A DNA stretch of 64,000 nucleotides from Limnochordia bacterium (GCA_007116145.1 SKJB01000083.1:5404-69403); one strand, 5' to 3'. Positions 1 through 9,671 are shown, counted from the stretch's first letter. The notes: generated from the letters alone by a model not told the origin. Numbers and translations are program-made.

Positions 1-92
1 TACACGCTACCTTCATTCGGTCTCTTCCCCTCTTCGATAAAAATACTATGATCCCATGCCCTACGTCGTTCTGACCTAACAACACTACCTCC

Positions 93-863
93 CTAAATAG
101 TCATAGCTCCAAACCCACCATCAACTCGCACCAGGGATCCTGTAACATAACTCGATGCTTTCTCTGATGCTAACCAGACTGTTACACCCTTTAACTCCTC
201 GGGTTTACCATAGCGATTAACTGGTGTATGCCTCATGATATCGGCTACTCGTTCGTCTGTTAGAATCTTACGATTCTGCTCTGCAGGGAAAAAGCCAGGT
301 ATAATTGCATTGACGCGAATATTATGCGGAGCTAATTCTCGAGCAAGGAACTGGGTCACACTATTCACTGCTGCTTTAGAAGCAGAATAGGTAAACACCC
401 TAGATAAAGGAGGACCTGAAGAAACCGAGGAGATATTAATTATACTTCCTCCTGTTTTTTGTGCTATCATTTTCTTAGCAAAAATCTGACTCGTCATTAC
501 CAAGCCTTTGAGATTAACATCCATAATAGCATCCCATTCATCCATTTTTAAGTCAAAAAACGGTGTCGAGCTGTTAAGTCCAGGTGCGTAGAGTAGGATA
601 TCAATCGATTTTGCCCAGTCCCAAATCTCATCTGCCGCTCTTTGGATACTATCTTGAACCGTTACATCTGCTACAAACGATTGAATCTCTCCGCCCATAG
701 CTTGAATTTGCTCTTCTACTTCAGTTCCTAGTTCTGCCTTCATGACAACAGAGGCAATTCTAGCTCCATGTTCAACAAATCCTTCAGCGACCGATCGTGC
801 TAACGTACTATTTCCACCAATTATTACTGCTGTTTTTCCTTTTAAACTAAATAAGTCACTCAT
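93..863 (-). CDS. SDR-family oxidoreductase (sugar-acid dehydrogenase-like)
   Basis: YSASK catalytic motif, IINISS, IRVNAIIPG, VDGG; glycine-rich motif is degenerate (IIGGNSTLA). Confidence 0.8.
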   Translation of the reverse strand: MSDLFSLKGKTAVIIGGNSTLARSVAEGFVEHGARIASVVMKAELGTEVEEQIQAMGGEIQSFVADVTVQDSIQRAADEIWDWAKSIDILLYAPGLNSSTPFFDLKMDEWDAIMDVNLKGLVMTSQIFAKKMIAQKTGGSIINISSVSSGPPLSRVFTYSASKAAVNSVTQFLARELAPHNIRVNAIIPGFFPAEQNRKILTDERVADIMRHTPVNRYGKPEELKGVTVWLASEKASSYVTGSLVRVDGGFGAMTI

Positions 864-897
864 CGTTATGTTCCTCCTTAAAATATATCACCTTGCA

Positions 898-2172
898 TTA
901 CAGACAGATAATATTTCCCTCACCATTAAAAGAGAAATCATAGGGTTCGCCGACAACCTCTAAATTTGGGTTCTTTCTTACCTCAGCCAGCATATTTTCA
1001 GAAACCTCAAGTCTACCGACATCTAACGTATTTTTAATCCGCACTAACCGAACCTTCGTAAAATCTAAAATATTACTCGTCTTGATGGCTGCTTGTATTG
1101 CTTGTCGATCATTATCTAGAGTTGTGGGAATCTTTGTGGGCGAGACCACGGTACTTGTAAGACCGTTTGCATAGATCTTTTGATAATCAACTTTTTTCAC
1201 ACAATAAGCGGTCGTAAAATCAGCAGATCCAATTCCATTGGCATTTCCTTCTGTCTCGTTTGTTAAATCTAAAACTACAATTTTCGTCACATCTGGACCA
1301 CCATGCGCGTACGGAGTAGGATACCGTCCTATTACATTCGGATCCATCCCATCACCACTAATGTTCTTACCGATTTCATCAACGACTAAAACATCAATCT
1401 GATCAAAGAACAAGCGTGGAATCCGCTGTTTAGCTTCTCGTTGTAACTCAATTTCCACAGTTTCAATGTCTTTAGCTAGAACAACACGCAATTTGAACAC
1501 CTTATCAAAAGGGTTCTCTACCGTTGCCACACCAAAGAGCACAGGTAACTTTTCCAGAATAATCCGTGCCATTGCAGGAACATGCTCAGCCATATGTTTA
1601 AAACCCAATTGATGACAGGTTTCTGCACCTTTTTGCTTTCCCAGACCAATGCTGAGCATTTTCATGAGACCACTTTCTATTGGACCACGAAATGCAGTAT
1701 GCGGTTTAACTCGATTAATTACCACAATACCATCGGCCTGCGATGCCAATGTATCGACATAAACAGGTAAGCCGTTTGGTAATTTCCCAATCTCAATCAC
1801 ATCCATTGAAGAGTGAATAGGGGCACCAACACTCTCCTCTGTAACACCTAAATGACGTAAAACTTCCCTTTGACCCTCTGCTGATGCTCCACCGTGACTA
1901 CCCATACTCGGTACAATAAACGGTTCTGCACCTGCCTCCTTAAGCACTTTGACAGTAATTCTTGTTATCTCCGAAATCTTGTCAACACCACGGCTACCAA
2001 CAGCGATAGCAATCTTCATTCCAGGCTTAATAAGCTCCAGAATGTTAGCTTGATTTAATTGTTGTTCTAGTACCCCTCCAACATCCTCTAGCTGTGTTTC
2101 GTCAAACTTCTGGCTTACACTTACCATGCGAGGAAGGGGAATATCTTTTACTAAATCAGCTACAATACTCAT
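898..2172 (-). CDS. LarA-like (DUF2088/lactate racemase domain) protein
   Basis: IAVGSRG, PSMGSHGG, NRVKPHTAF, IGKNISGDGMDPN motifs typical of this family. Confidence 0.7.
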   Translation of the reverse strand: MSIVADLVKDIPLPRMVSVSQKFDETQLEDVGGVLEQQLNQANILELIKPGMKIAIAVGSRGVDKISEITRITVKVLKEAGAEPFIVPSMGSHGGASAEGQREVLRHLGVTEESVGAPIHSSMDVIEIGKLPNGLPVYVDTLASQADGIVVINRVKPHTAFRGPIESGLMKMLSIGLGKQKGAETCHQLGFKHMAEHVPAMARIILEKLPVLFGVATVENPFDKVFKLRVVLAKDIETVEIELQREAKQRIPRLFFDQIDVLVVDEIGKNISGDGMDPNVIGRYPTPYAHGGPDVTKIVVLDLTNETEGNANGIGSADFTTAYCVKKVDYQKIYANGLTSTVVSPTKIPTTLDNDRQAIQAAIKTSNILDFTKVRLVRIKNTLDVGRLEVSENMLAEVRKNPNLEVVGEPYDFSFNGEGNIICL

Positions 2173-2219
2173 CCAATCACCTTCGTTTATCAGATTCTCT
2201 TATAATCCTCTTCATAATC

Positions 2220-2246
2220 AAAAGAGGATGGAGTTACCATCCTTTT
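2220..2246 (-). terminator. Probable intrinsic terminator after dapL
   Basis: Minus strand AGGATGG-TAACT-CCATCCT followed by CTTTT. Confidence 0.5.
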
Positions 2247-2264
2247 CAACTATAGGATTCTTTC

Positions 2265-3449
2265 TTACTTAGAATTCTCCTGCATGAAATTTATATTACT
2301 TTTGACTAACCGATCCATGGCTTCTTGTAAGCGAGCTTCATCGACTGTTAATGAGATCCGAAAATACCGATCCCCTTCAGCACCATAACCAATACCAGGT
2401 GTTATCACTACTCCTGTTTGCGAAAAAACATGGTCAGCAAATTCAATGGAGTTCATCCCGTTCGGTGTGGGTGCCCAAATATATATCGATGCTTGGGGTC
2501 GACCTAATTGCCATCCCATGGTAGTTAACGCTTCGATTACAATATCACGCCTACGCTTGTAAATAGCTAATTGTTCCTCCAATGCATCTTGACTAGAGTC
2601 CAGGGCGATCATGGCTCCATATTGTACTGCTTGAAAGGCTCCGGAGTCAATATTACTTTTTAAGGTGACAAGAGTTTTCACCACATCACTGTGCCCTACT
2701 ACCCAACCAATACGCCAACCAGTCATATTATGAGATTTGGACGGAGACCCAAATTCGATACCTACATCCTTTGCTCCAGGTACTTGCATGAAGGATAAGG
2801 GCTCATAACCATCATATCCCACTTCCAAATAAGCGGCATCATGAGCGATGAGAACATTATACTCCTTAGCAAACGCAACTACCTCGTGAAAGAATTGCCT
2901 GGTCGCTATTGCGCCCGTGGGGTTATTCGGATAATTAATATACATTAACTTTGCTTGGCGGCAGACATCTGTCGGGATATCTGAGAGTATAGGCAAAAAT
3001 CCATTCTCCGCCTTAAGAGGCATAAAATGACATTGACCGCCAGCAAGTGTAATCCCTGCCTGATAAACTGGATATCCAGGATCAGGTACTAGACCGACAT
3101 CACCAGGGTTGAGATAACAAAACGGCAAGTGAGCGATTCCTTCTTTTGAGCCTATTAAAGCTGCAACCTCACTAATGGGATCCAGTTGGACACCATACCT
3201 TCTTTTATACCAGTTTGCTACACTTTGGCGCAACGACTCCATACCGACTGAAGTAGGATACTGATGGTTCGCAGCCGTTTCGGCTTGTGCTTGTAACTCT
3301 GCAACAATGTGCTTTGGTGTTGGTAAATCGGGATCCCCAATGCCCAAATTAATTACATCAATACCTTGCTTCTTAGCATCACTGATCTTCGCCTCTAGTT
3401 GTGCAAATAAATAGGGCGCTAAGTTTTGTAAACGCTCTGCTTTTTTCAT
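2265..3449 (-). CDS. dapL: LL-diaminopimelate aminotransferase (class I/II PLP enzyme)
   Basis: LGIGDPD, IGSKEG, NYPNNPTG, SKSHNMTGWRIG; directly downstream of dapF. Confidence 0.8.
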   Translation of the reverse strand: MKKAERLQNLAPYLFAQLEAKISDAKKQGIDVINLGIGDPDLPTPKHIVAELQAQAETAANHQYPTSVGMESLRQSVANWYKRRYGVQLDPISEVAALIGSKEGIAHLPFCYLNPGDVGLVPDPGYPVYQAGITLAGGQCHFMPLKAENGFLPILSDIPTDVCRQAKLMYINYPNNPTGAIATRQFFHEVVAFAKEYNVLIAHDAAYLEVGYDGYEPLSFMQVPGAKDVGIEFGSPSKSHNMTGWRIGWVVGHSDVVKTLVTLKSNIDSGAFQAVQYGAMIALDSSQDALEEQLAIYKRRRDIVIEALTTMGWQLGRPQASIYIWAPTPNGMNSIEFADHVFSQTGVVITPGIGYGAEGDRYFRISLTVDEARLQEAMDRLVKSNINFMQENSK

Positions 3450-3465
3450 CTTTTCATGTTCCTCT

Positions 3466-4284
3466 CTACGAGTATATTGTGTATTCTCCTCGAAATACTA
3501 GTGTTGCTGGTCCAGTCATCCATACATGATTGTCACTCTTCCACTCTATATACAAGTCCCCTCCAGGCAAAGACACCTGTACATGTTTATCAGTTAGACC
3601 AAGGTGAGCTGCAACAACAGCACTAGCACACGCTCCTGTTCCGCACGCTAACGTGGGACCAACACCTCGCTCCCAAACTTTTACGTTGATATGCTGCCTG
3701 TTTACTAACTGCACAAATTCAATATTAGCTTTTGCAGGAAAGATAGGATTCGTTTCTAAAATCGGACCAATCTGATTAAGAACAACACTATCAACGGTCG
3801 AAACAAAGACAACACCGTGGGGGTTACCCATGGACACACCGTGAATCTCCCATTTGCGATCCAAAACTTGAATTGTATGTCCAAAAGAGGTGCCCTGGAC
3901 ATTCATGGGTATATCACGCACGTCTAAAATGGGTTCACCCATATCTACAGTGTAGAGGTTATTACGGACAGACACATCTCGACTAGCCTTTAACGTACCT
4001 ATTGTTAGGTGATCTCCTTGAACATAACCATAATCAAGCAAATGCTTAGCTAGACAACGAATGGCATTCCCGCACATTTCTGCCTCCGTTCCATCTGCAT
4101 TAAAAATACGCATTGTATAATCCTTATCTGGTTTGGTAATGAGTACAAAACCATCACTACCAATCCCAAAATTCCGATCACAGATCTCTCGTGCTAACCG
4201 GGGAGCTATCGCCAATAAATCCCCAGCAAAATCTTCCGTAAAAACAAAATCATTTCCTAGTCCCTGATATTTATAAAACTTCAT
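3466..4284 (-). CDS. dapF: Diaminopimelate epimerase
   Basis: GLGNDF, AEMCGNAIRC, SMGNPH, ERGVGPTLACGTGA. Confidence 0.95.
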   Translation of the reverse strand: MKFYKYQGLGNDFVFTEDFAGDLLAIAPRLAREICDRNFGIGSDGFVLITKPDKDYTMRIFNADGTEAEMCGNAIRCLAKHLLDYGYVQGDHLTIGTLKASRDVSVRNNLYTVDMGEPILDVRDIPMNVQGTSFGHTIQVLDRKWEIHGVSMGNPHGVVFVSTVDSVVLNQIGPILETNPIFPAKANIEFVQLVNRQHINVKVWERGVGPTLACGTGACASAVVAAHLGLTDKHVQVSLPGGDLYIEWKSDNHVWMTGPATLVFRGEYTIYS

Positions 4285-4413
4285 CGCATACCTCCATAAT
4301 GAAGTAGCCGCTATGAGGTCTTAATGCCCACAGAGCAGACAGTAAAGTTGAACCTAGTATACATAAAATTTATTGCTTTGTGTAAGATCCCAAACAAAAT
4401 ATACACGTATACA

Positions 4414-5658
4414 TTATGCGCGTGTTGTCCCTTTACCATAGACAATGTACTTGGTGGTGGTTAGTTCGTTTAAACCCATTGGTCCTCGGGCATGGAGCTT
4501 CTGCGTACTAATTCCAATTTCAGCCCCCATACCAAACTGAGATCCATCGGTAAACCGCGTTGAAGCATTAACATATACGGCTGCTGCGTCGACTTCTGCT
4601 AAAAAACGCTGGGCATGGGTATAAGACTCCGTAACAATCGCTTCAGAATGTCTTGTGCCGTAGCGAGCAATATGATCGAGCCCGTCATCGAAGGTTTTTA
4701 TTACACGCACCGCTAAAGTCAGGTCAAGATATTCGGTTTCCCAATCACTCTCACTAGCTAATTCAACATCAGGTAGGATCTGCTTTACTTGGGTGCAACC
4801 GCGCACAAGCACTCCCTTCGCTTTTAGTGCTTCATAGACTTGAGGCAAGAATTCATCAGCGACATCACTGTGGACCAACAACGTTTCGGCTGCATTACAA
4901 ACAGCTGGCCTTTGCGTCTTTGCATTAATGGTGATCGCACACGCATCCGCTAGATTCGCACTCTCATCAACAAAAATATGACAGTTTCCTACTCCAGTCT
5001 CGATCACAGGTACAGTAGAATGATTAATAACAGCTTGAATCAGCCCTGCCCCACCGCGCGGAATAATTACATCGATATATTGATTGAGTTTCATCATTTG
5101 CTGTACTTGGGCACGATCAGTATCTTCGACAATCTGTACGATTTCGGGCGACAATTCGACGTTTACAAGGGCTTGCCGTAAAAGCGCTACAATGCGTTGA
5201 TTAGAACGAACTGCTTCGCTTCCGCCCCGAAGAATAACTGCATTACCTGCTTTTAAACACAACCCTGTAGCATCAGCAGTTACATTCGGGCGCGCTTCAT
5301 AGATGATTCCGATTACACCAAGTGGAACACGCACTTTATTGATTTGTAGACCATTAGGGCGAACCATACCATGCAACACTTCACCGAGTGGATCAGGCAT
5401 ACTTGCGACCTCTCGCATTCCTTGTGCCATGTCCATAATGCGATCATCAGTTAGAGCTAGCCTGTCTAACAAGGCTCCACTAATACCTTTGTCCTGAGCA
5501 TTTTGCAAGTCGATTCTATTGGCCGATAGAATCTCATCCTTATTATTAATAAGAATTAAGGCCATTTCCTCTAATACCTTGTTTCTCAGTGAACTTTTTA
5601 CCCTTTGCCAAGTCCGAATAGCTTCTTTTGCTAACTTTGCCTTCTCAACGATCTCCAT
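4414..5658 (-). CDS. proA: Gamma-glutamyl phosphate reductase
   Basis: IIYEARPNV, VCNAAETLL, NASTRFTDG, ISTQKLHARGPMGL. Confidence 0.97.
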   Translation of the reverse strand: MEIVEKAKLAKEAIRTWQRVKSSLRNKVLEEMALILINNKDEILSANRIDLQNAQDKGISGALLDRLALTDDRIMDMAQGMREVASMPDPLGEVLHGMVRPNGLQINKVRVPLGVIGIIYEARPNVTADATGLCLKAGNAVILRGGSEAVRSNQRIVALLRQALVNVELSPEIVQIVEDTDRAQVQQMMKLNQYIDVIIPRGGAGLIQAVINHSTVPVIETGVGNCHIFVDESANLADACAITINAKTQRPAVCNAAETLLVHSDVADEFLPQVYEALKAKGVLVRGCTQVKQILPDVELASESDWETEYLDLTLAVRVIKTFDDGLDHIARYGTRHSEAIVTESYTHAQRFLAEVDAAAVYVNASTRFTDGSQFGMGAEIGISTQKLHARGPMGLNELTTTKYIVYGKGTTRA

Positions 5659-6778
5659 GACACTCTCTCCTCTCTAACATATCCATCATGACCATATTAT
5701 CACGATGAATTACTTCATCAAACGGGTGGTTTGGCAAGATATCCTCAACAGCAGATGAAATTTGCCCTTTAATAGACGCAACCTCTTGAGCCGAATAGTA
5801 GGATAACCCGCGGGCGATTTCGTGTCCGTGTTCACTGACAATCTGTACTAAATCACCTGCATTAAAACTACCTGTACAACGTAAAACCCCAGCAGGAAGC
5901 AGACTCTTACCTGCCTTCAGAGCCTGTTGCGCTCCGTCATCAACAACAATTTGACCATGAGGATGGGTATAGAATGCTAACCATCGCTTGCGACTCGGCC
6001 ATGCAACGGTTTGCGGGGAAAATAATGTGCCCACCGATTGACCAGCTACTAATTGTCCAAGTAAACCAGGTTTCGAACCATTCGTAATAACCATCGGAAT
6101 TCCAGAACACCGAGCAATCTTAGCGGCTTGAAACTTCGTCGCCATACCACCGGTTCCTAAAGAACCAACTCCGCCAGCAAGGCTCTCAATGTCCTTTGTG
6201 ACCTCTGCTATCACTGGAATCAATTGGGCATTTGGGTACTCTCGTGGATCTTTATCATAAACACCATCTATATCCGAGAGAACCACAAGTAAATCGGCAT
6301 TAATTAAATTAGCAACCATGGCCGATAACCGATCATTATCACCAAATTTAATTTCATCCACTGCCACTGAATCATTTTCATTCACAATAGGTACCACACG
6401 CTTATGTAAGAGATTCTCCAACGTATTACCACAATTTAAATAGCGATTACGTTGCTGTAAATCCTCCGCTGTTAATAACACCTGGGCACAAACATGACAA
6501 TATTCGGCAAATATCTTAGCATACACCTGCATGAGCATACCCTGACCAACTGCAGCAACAGCTTGCTTTTCAGGAATAGTTACGGGCCTTTTATCCATCC
6601 CTAAGCGACTCATTCCAGCGCCTATAGCTCCAGACGTTACGAGAACCACTTCATGACCCTCATTAACCAAATCGGATAATTCCCGCACCAAACGTTCAAT
6701 CTGACCAAGCTGTAGGCGTCCGTTTGGATACGTTAGAGTGCTGGTTCCTACCTTAACCACAATACGACTTTTCTTCAT
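5645..6778 (-). CDS. proB: Glutamate 5-kinase with PUA domain
   Basis: VVKVGTS, NENDSV, FGDNDRLS, GTGGMATK; overlaps the proA start. Confidence 0.97.
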   Translation of the reverse strand: MKKSRIVVKVGTSTLTYPNGRLQLGQIERLVRELSDLVNEGHEVVLVTSGAIGAGMSRLGMDKRPVTIPEKQAVAAVGQGMLMQVYAKIFAEYCHVCAQVLLTAEDLQQRNRYLNCGNTLENLLHKRVVPIVNENDSVAVDEIKFGDNDRLSAMVANLINADLLVVLSDIDGVYDKDPREYPNAQLIPVIAEVTKDIESLAGGVGSLGTGGMATKFQAAKIARCSGIPMVITNGSKPGLLGQLVAGQSVGTLFSPQTVAWPSRKRWLAFYTHPHGQIVVDDGAQQALKAGKSLLPAGVLRCTGSFNAGDLVQIVSEHGHEIARGLSYYSAQEVASIKGQISSAVEDILPNHPFDEVIHRDNMVMMDMLERRECHGDR

Positions 6779-6898
6779 AGCAATTCACTACTTTCCAACA
6801 TCGTTGTTCTATCTATTTTATCGCAATTGCTCTACAACAGCAACGCTTTTTTTGGCGGGCAACAAGGTATTCAGCGGTAAAATCATATACATTACATG

Positions 6899-6927
6899 TT
6901 GACAAAAGGATTCATACTCTATATAAT
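6899..6927 (+). promoter_or_regulatory. Sigma-A promoter of the aro leader/operon
   Basis: Perfect TTGACA-17 nt-TATAAT. Confidence 0.9.
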
Positions 6928-6959
6928 TGAGCAAACTAGAGAAACCGTGGGTGTGTGCG

Positions 6960-7106
6960 ATGACAACAACTACAAAAACAGCGAGCACACAAGTTAATAG
7001 TTTTGCTTATTATTTTAGCTGGGGCTATTATTTTTTTAGCGTTGGCTATTTTTATTGGAGTAGAGCAAAATATAAACGAATTCTAAAAGGATCCCACGCA
7101 GTGTAA
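6960..7106 (+). CDS. Aromatic-rich leader peptide (48 aa), putative attenuator peptide
   Basis: Hand translation MTTTTKTASTQVNSFAYYFSWGYYFFSVGYFYWSRAKYKRILKGSHAV*; 5 Phe, 7 Tyr, 2 Trp; lies between the promoter and the terminator upstream of DAHP synthase. Confidence 0.8.
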   Translation: MTTTTKTASTQVNSFAYYFSWGYYFFSVGYFYWSRAKYKRILKGSHAV

Positions 7107-7144
7107 AGACTGCTCCCTAGCAATTGTATTTAGAGGCTTTGTGT

Positions 7145-7171
7145 GGAGACTTTTAGCAAAGTCTTTTTTTT
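7145..7171 (+). terminator. Attenuator terminator in the aro leader
   Basis: GGAGACTTT-TAGC-AAAGTCTTT stem running into a T8 tract; its 5' arm can alternatively pair with 7085-7100. Confidence 0.8.
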
Positions 7172-7199
7172 ATTCAACAAATTAAAAGGAGGATTTCCA

Positions 7200-8213
7200 A
7201 TGGTAATTGTTATGAAACCCAATACGCCCCAAAGCGAAATTCACAGATTGCATGAGAAACTGAAAACGCTAGGCTTTGATGTTAATCTCTCGCAAGGGCA
7301 TAATTACACTTTGTTAGGTCTTATTGGTGATACTACCCAGATTAACGAAAGTCAATTACAGGCCAACACCTATGTGGATCGCGTTATGCGTGTTCAGCAC
7401 GCTTTTAAGCGAGCCAGCCGACACTTCCACCCCCAAGATACAGTCATTGATATTGATGGCCACAAAGTCGGTGGTGGTCACTTACTAATGATCGCAGGAC
7501 CTTGTGCGGTGGAATCCCAAGAACAGATACTTACTATTGCAAAGAGCGTTAAGGGCCTTGGAGCACAGTTACTGCGAGGCGGAGCATTTAAACCTCGCAC
7601 TTCACCCTATAGCTTTCAGGGCTTAGAAGAAGAAGGTCTAAAAGTTCTGCTCGAAGCAAAACGACAGACTGGAATGCCAATTGTGACAGAATGTGTTTCA
7701 TCGGAAACTGTTGATCTAGTAGCAAATTACGCAGATGTCCTCCAAATCGGAGCGAGAAACATGCAAAACTTTGCTCTCTTGAAAAAAGTGGGTCAAACCA
7801 AGAAAACAATTCTTCTGAAACGAGGTCTAGCTGCCACTATTGAGGAGCTACTGATGGCTGCAGAGTATATTATGTCCGAGGGAAACACGAACGTGATTTT
7901 GTGTGAACGGGGAATTCGTACCTACGAGACCTATACACGCAATACGCTAGATATCAGTGCAATTCCTGCTATCAAGGAATTATCGCATTTACCAATTATT
8001 TGCGATCCTAGTCATGCAGCTGGGAAGTGGGAAATGGTTGCACCCTTAGCCAAAGCAGCTATTGCAGCAGGAGCTGATGGTCTGATTGTCGAAGTACACC
8101 ATCAGCCGGAACTCGCTTTCTCTGACGGAGCCCAATCGCTCAAGCCCGAAAAGTATGGGCATCTAGTGTCGGCGGTTCAAAAAATTGCAGCAATCCAAAA
8201 TGCTTACGTTTAA
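7200..8213 (+). CDS. aroF: DAHP synthase type I-beta with N-terminal regulatory domain
   Basis: IAGPCAVES, RGGAFKPRTSPYSFQG, QIGARNMQN, DPSHA; start moved to ATG 7200 after AAGGAGG. Confidence 0.95.
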   Translation: MVIVMKPNTPQSEIHRLHEKLKTLGFDVNLSQGHNYTLLGLIGDTTQINESQLQANTYVDRVMRVQHAFKRASRHFHPQDTVIDIDGHKVGGGHLLMIAGPCAVESQEQILTIAKSVKGLGAQLLRGGAFKPRTSPYSFQGLEEEGLKVLLEAKRQTGMPIVTECVSSETVDLVANYADVLQIGARNMQNFALLKKVGQTKKTILLKRGLAATIEELLMAAEYIMSEGNTNVILCERGIRTYETYTRNTLDISAIPAIKELSHLPIICDPSHAAGKWEMVAPLAKAAIAAGADGLIVEVHHQPELAFSDGAQSLKPEKYGHLVSAVQKIAAIQNAYV

Positions 8214-8246
8214 TTGTGTTTGGATGAAAGGGGAGCACTCTACCAC

Positions 8247-9107
8247 ATGAAAAGAATAGCCTACCCTGGTGTTCCTGGGTCTTTTAGTGAACAAGCACTA
8301 ACTCAATACTTTCCTGGATCCGCAAAAAAAACGAACGTGAAACAATTTGAAGAAATTTTCACATTACTAGCCAATAACGAAATTGATTACGGAGTGCTTC
8401 CCATTGAAAATTCAAGCACAGGAGGAATTTTTGAGGTTTTTGACTTTCTCAAACAATATAATTTTTATATAGTCGGGGAGACATTCATCCATGTCACCCA
8501 TCATTTATTGGGAACATCTGGCACCACCCTTGCATCCATTCAAGCCGTGTATTCGCATCCACAAGGGTTTGGACAAAGCAGGGTTTTTCTCAAGCAGTAT
8601 CCCCATTGGATTGAGACCCCGTATTATAACACAGCTATAAGTGCTGAATATGTCAGTCAAGTAAAGGATATCACGAAAGCGGCTATTGCCAGCAAGCGTG
8701 CGGGAGAACTTTATGGTCTAGATGTAATTCAAGCTAATATCCAGGATGTCAATCACAATTATACCCGATTTGTGATCATCAGTCGCAATCTTGAAGTCAA
8801 AGTAACAGACACGAAAATTAGTTTACTCTATGCTCTGCCAAACAGTGTCGGTGCCTTATACAATAGTCTAGGAATATTCGCACGTTACAACATTGACCTG
8901 CTAAACCTGCAATCTCGCCCTATCAAAGACAAACCGTGGGAATGTTACTTCTACCTTGACTTGGTAGGTAATTTGGACAAGGACAACGTTAAAGCAGCAC
9001 TCTTAGAAATAGAGAAAATCAGTTACTCTCTGCAGATTCTCGGCAGCTATAGCGCTAGTGATGATAATGGAGGTTCCATAAGTTCATCAAAAAAAGGCTC
9101 TTCCTGA
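8247..9107 (+). CDS. pheA: Prephenate dehydratase (PDT-ACT)
   Basis: GSFSE, LPIENSSTG, SHPQ, NYTRF, SRPIK; ATG 8247 after AAGGGGAG. Confidence 0.9.
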   Translation: MKRIAYPGVPGSFSEQALTQYFPGSAKKTNVKQFEEIFTLLANNEIDYGVLPIENSSTGGIFEVFDFLKQYNFYIVGETFIHVTHHLLGTSGTTLASIQAVYSHPQGFGQSRVFLKQYPHWIETPYYNTAISAEYVSQVKDITKAAIASKRAGELYGLDVIQANIQDVNHNYTRFVIISRNLEVKVTDTKISLLYALPNSVGALYNSLGIFARYNIDLLNLQSRPIKDKPWECYFYLDLVGNLDKDNVKAALLEIEKISYSLQILGSYSASDDNGGSISSSKKGSS

Positions 9108-9117
9108 GCCTTTTTTT
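9089..9117. terminator. Bidirectional terminator
   Basis: A7-GGCTC-TTCCT-GAGCC-T7 between convergent genes. Confidence 0.8.
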
Positions 9118-9162
9118 GATCCCGCAATAACTTCAACTCAAAATTGATAAGAAACGTCCGAC

Positions 9163-9513
9163 TTAAGGGGCTACACGCTCTGAATCATTCACAAACTGAC
9201 GATAAAAGTACTCTCCTAGCGTCACTAGAATTGCAAAAGCTAGTAAAGTTGCGAAAGTAGTTCGAAATCCTGTAAGCAATCTAGCCATGATCCAAGCAAC
9301 AAGTGCAGCCATAATGCCGTCCGCCACTGAAGCGACGCTACTATCTGTTGTAGGTAGAATCATTCTATCCCCTATAAAGTAATTAACCGCTGTCGCAATA
9401 ATAGCATAAACGAAGACCAAACTAGCTGGATTAGTATCAAATAACGTTAGAGTGGATAATGCAAAAACAAACATCATGATAAACTTTATTCCTAAAGCTA
9501 TCGTTATTGTCAC
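9163..9513 (-). CDS. YndM/DUF2512-like sporulation membrane protein
   Basis: Four hydrophobic segments; IKF, YFIGD..ILP, VAD, GEYFY pattern. Confidence 0.7.
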   Translation of the reverse strand: MTITIALGIKFIMMFVFALSTLTLFDTNPASLVFVYAIIATAVNYFIGDRMILPTTDSSVASVADGIMAALVAWIMARLLTGFRTTFATLLAFAILVTLGEYFYRQFVNDSERVAP

Positions 9514-9531
9514 TATGTATCACCTCAGCCC

Positions 9532-9561
9532 TAGTATAACCTGGATAACACTGCGTTATAC
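9532..9561 (-). promoter_or_regulatory. Sigma-F-type promoter
   Basis: Minus strand GTATA-15 nt-GGTTATACTA. Confidence 0.6.
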
Positions 9562-9642
9562 CAGAATTTGGTCGTAATTGAGCGGCTCACAAGGATTATA
9601 CGGGATCCCTAACATATATGGGTATCAAGCATTCTATTCTGT

Positions 9643-9671
9643 GCATAGCATCTGCTAAAGCTGGCATACTA
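9643..9671 (+). promoter_or_regulatory. Sigma-G-type promoter for the ger region
   Basis: GCATA-17 nt-CATACTA. Confidence 0.65.

Noticed and set aside
1-16. Possible gene start on the minus strand (MKVAC...) after GAGGGG
   Set aside because: Only five codons are inside the window, so it cannot be assigned.
4285-4413. Possible lysine riboswitch upstream of dapF
   Set aside because: The intergenic space is too short and the conserved core is not recognisable; only a small hairpin is present.
6930-7199. T-box riboswitch upstream of DAHP synthase
   Set aside because: No AAxxxGGGTGGxACCGCG T-box motif before the terminator; the leader ORF explains the region better.
7143-7199. ORF-track N-terminal extension of DAHP synthase
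   Set aside because: It runs through the terminator, and the strong RBS points to ATG 7200.
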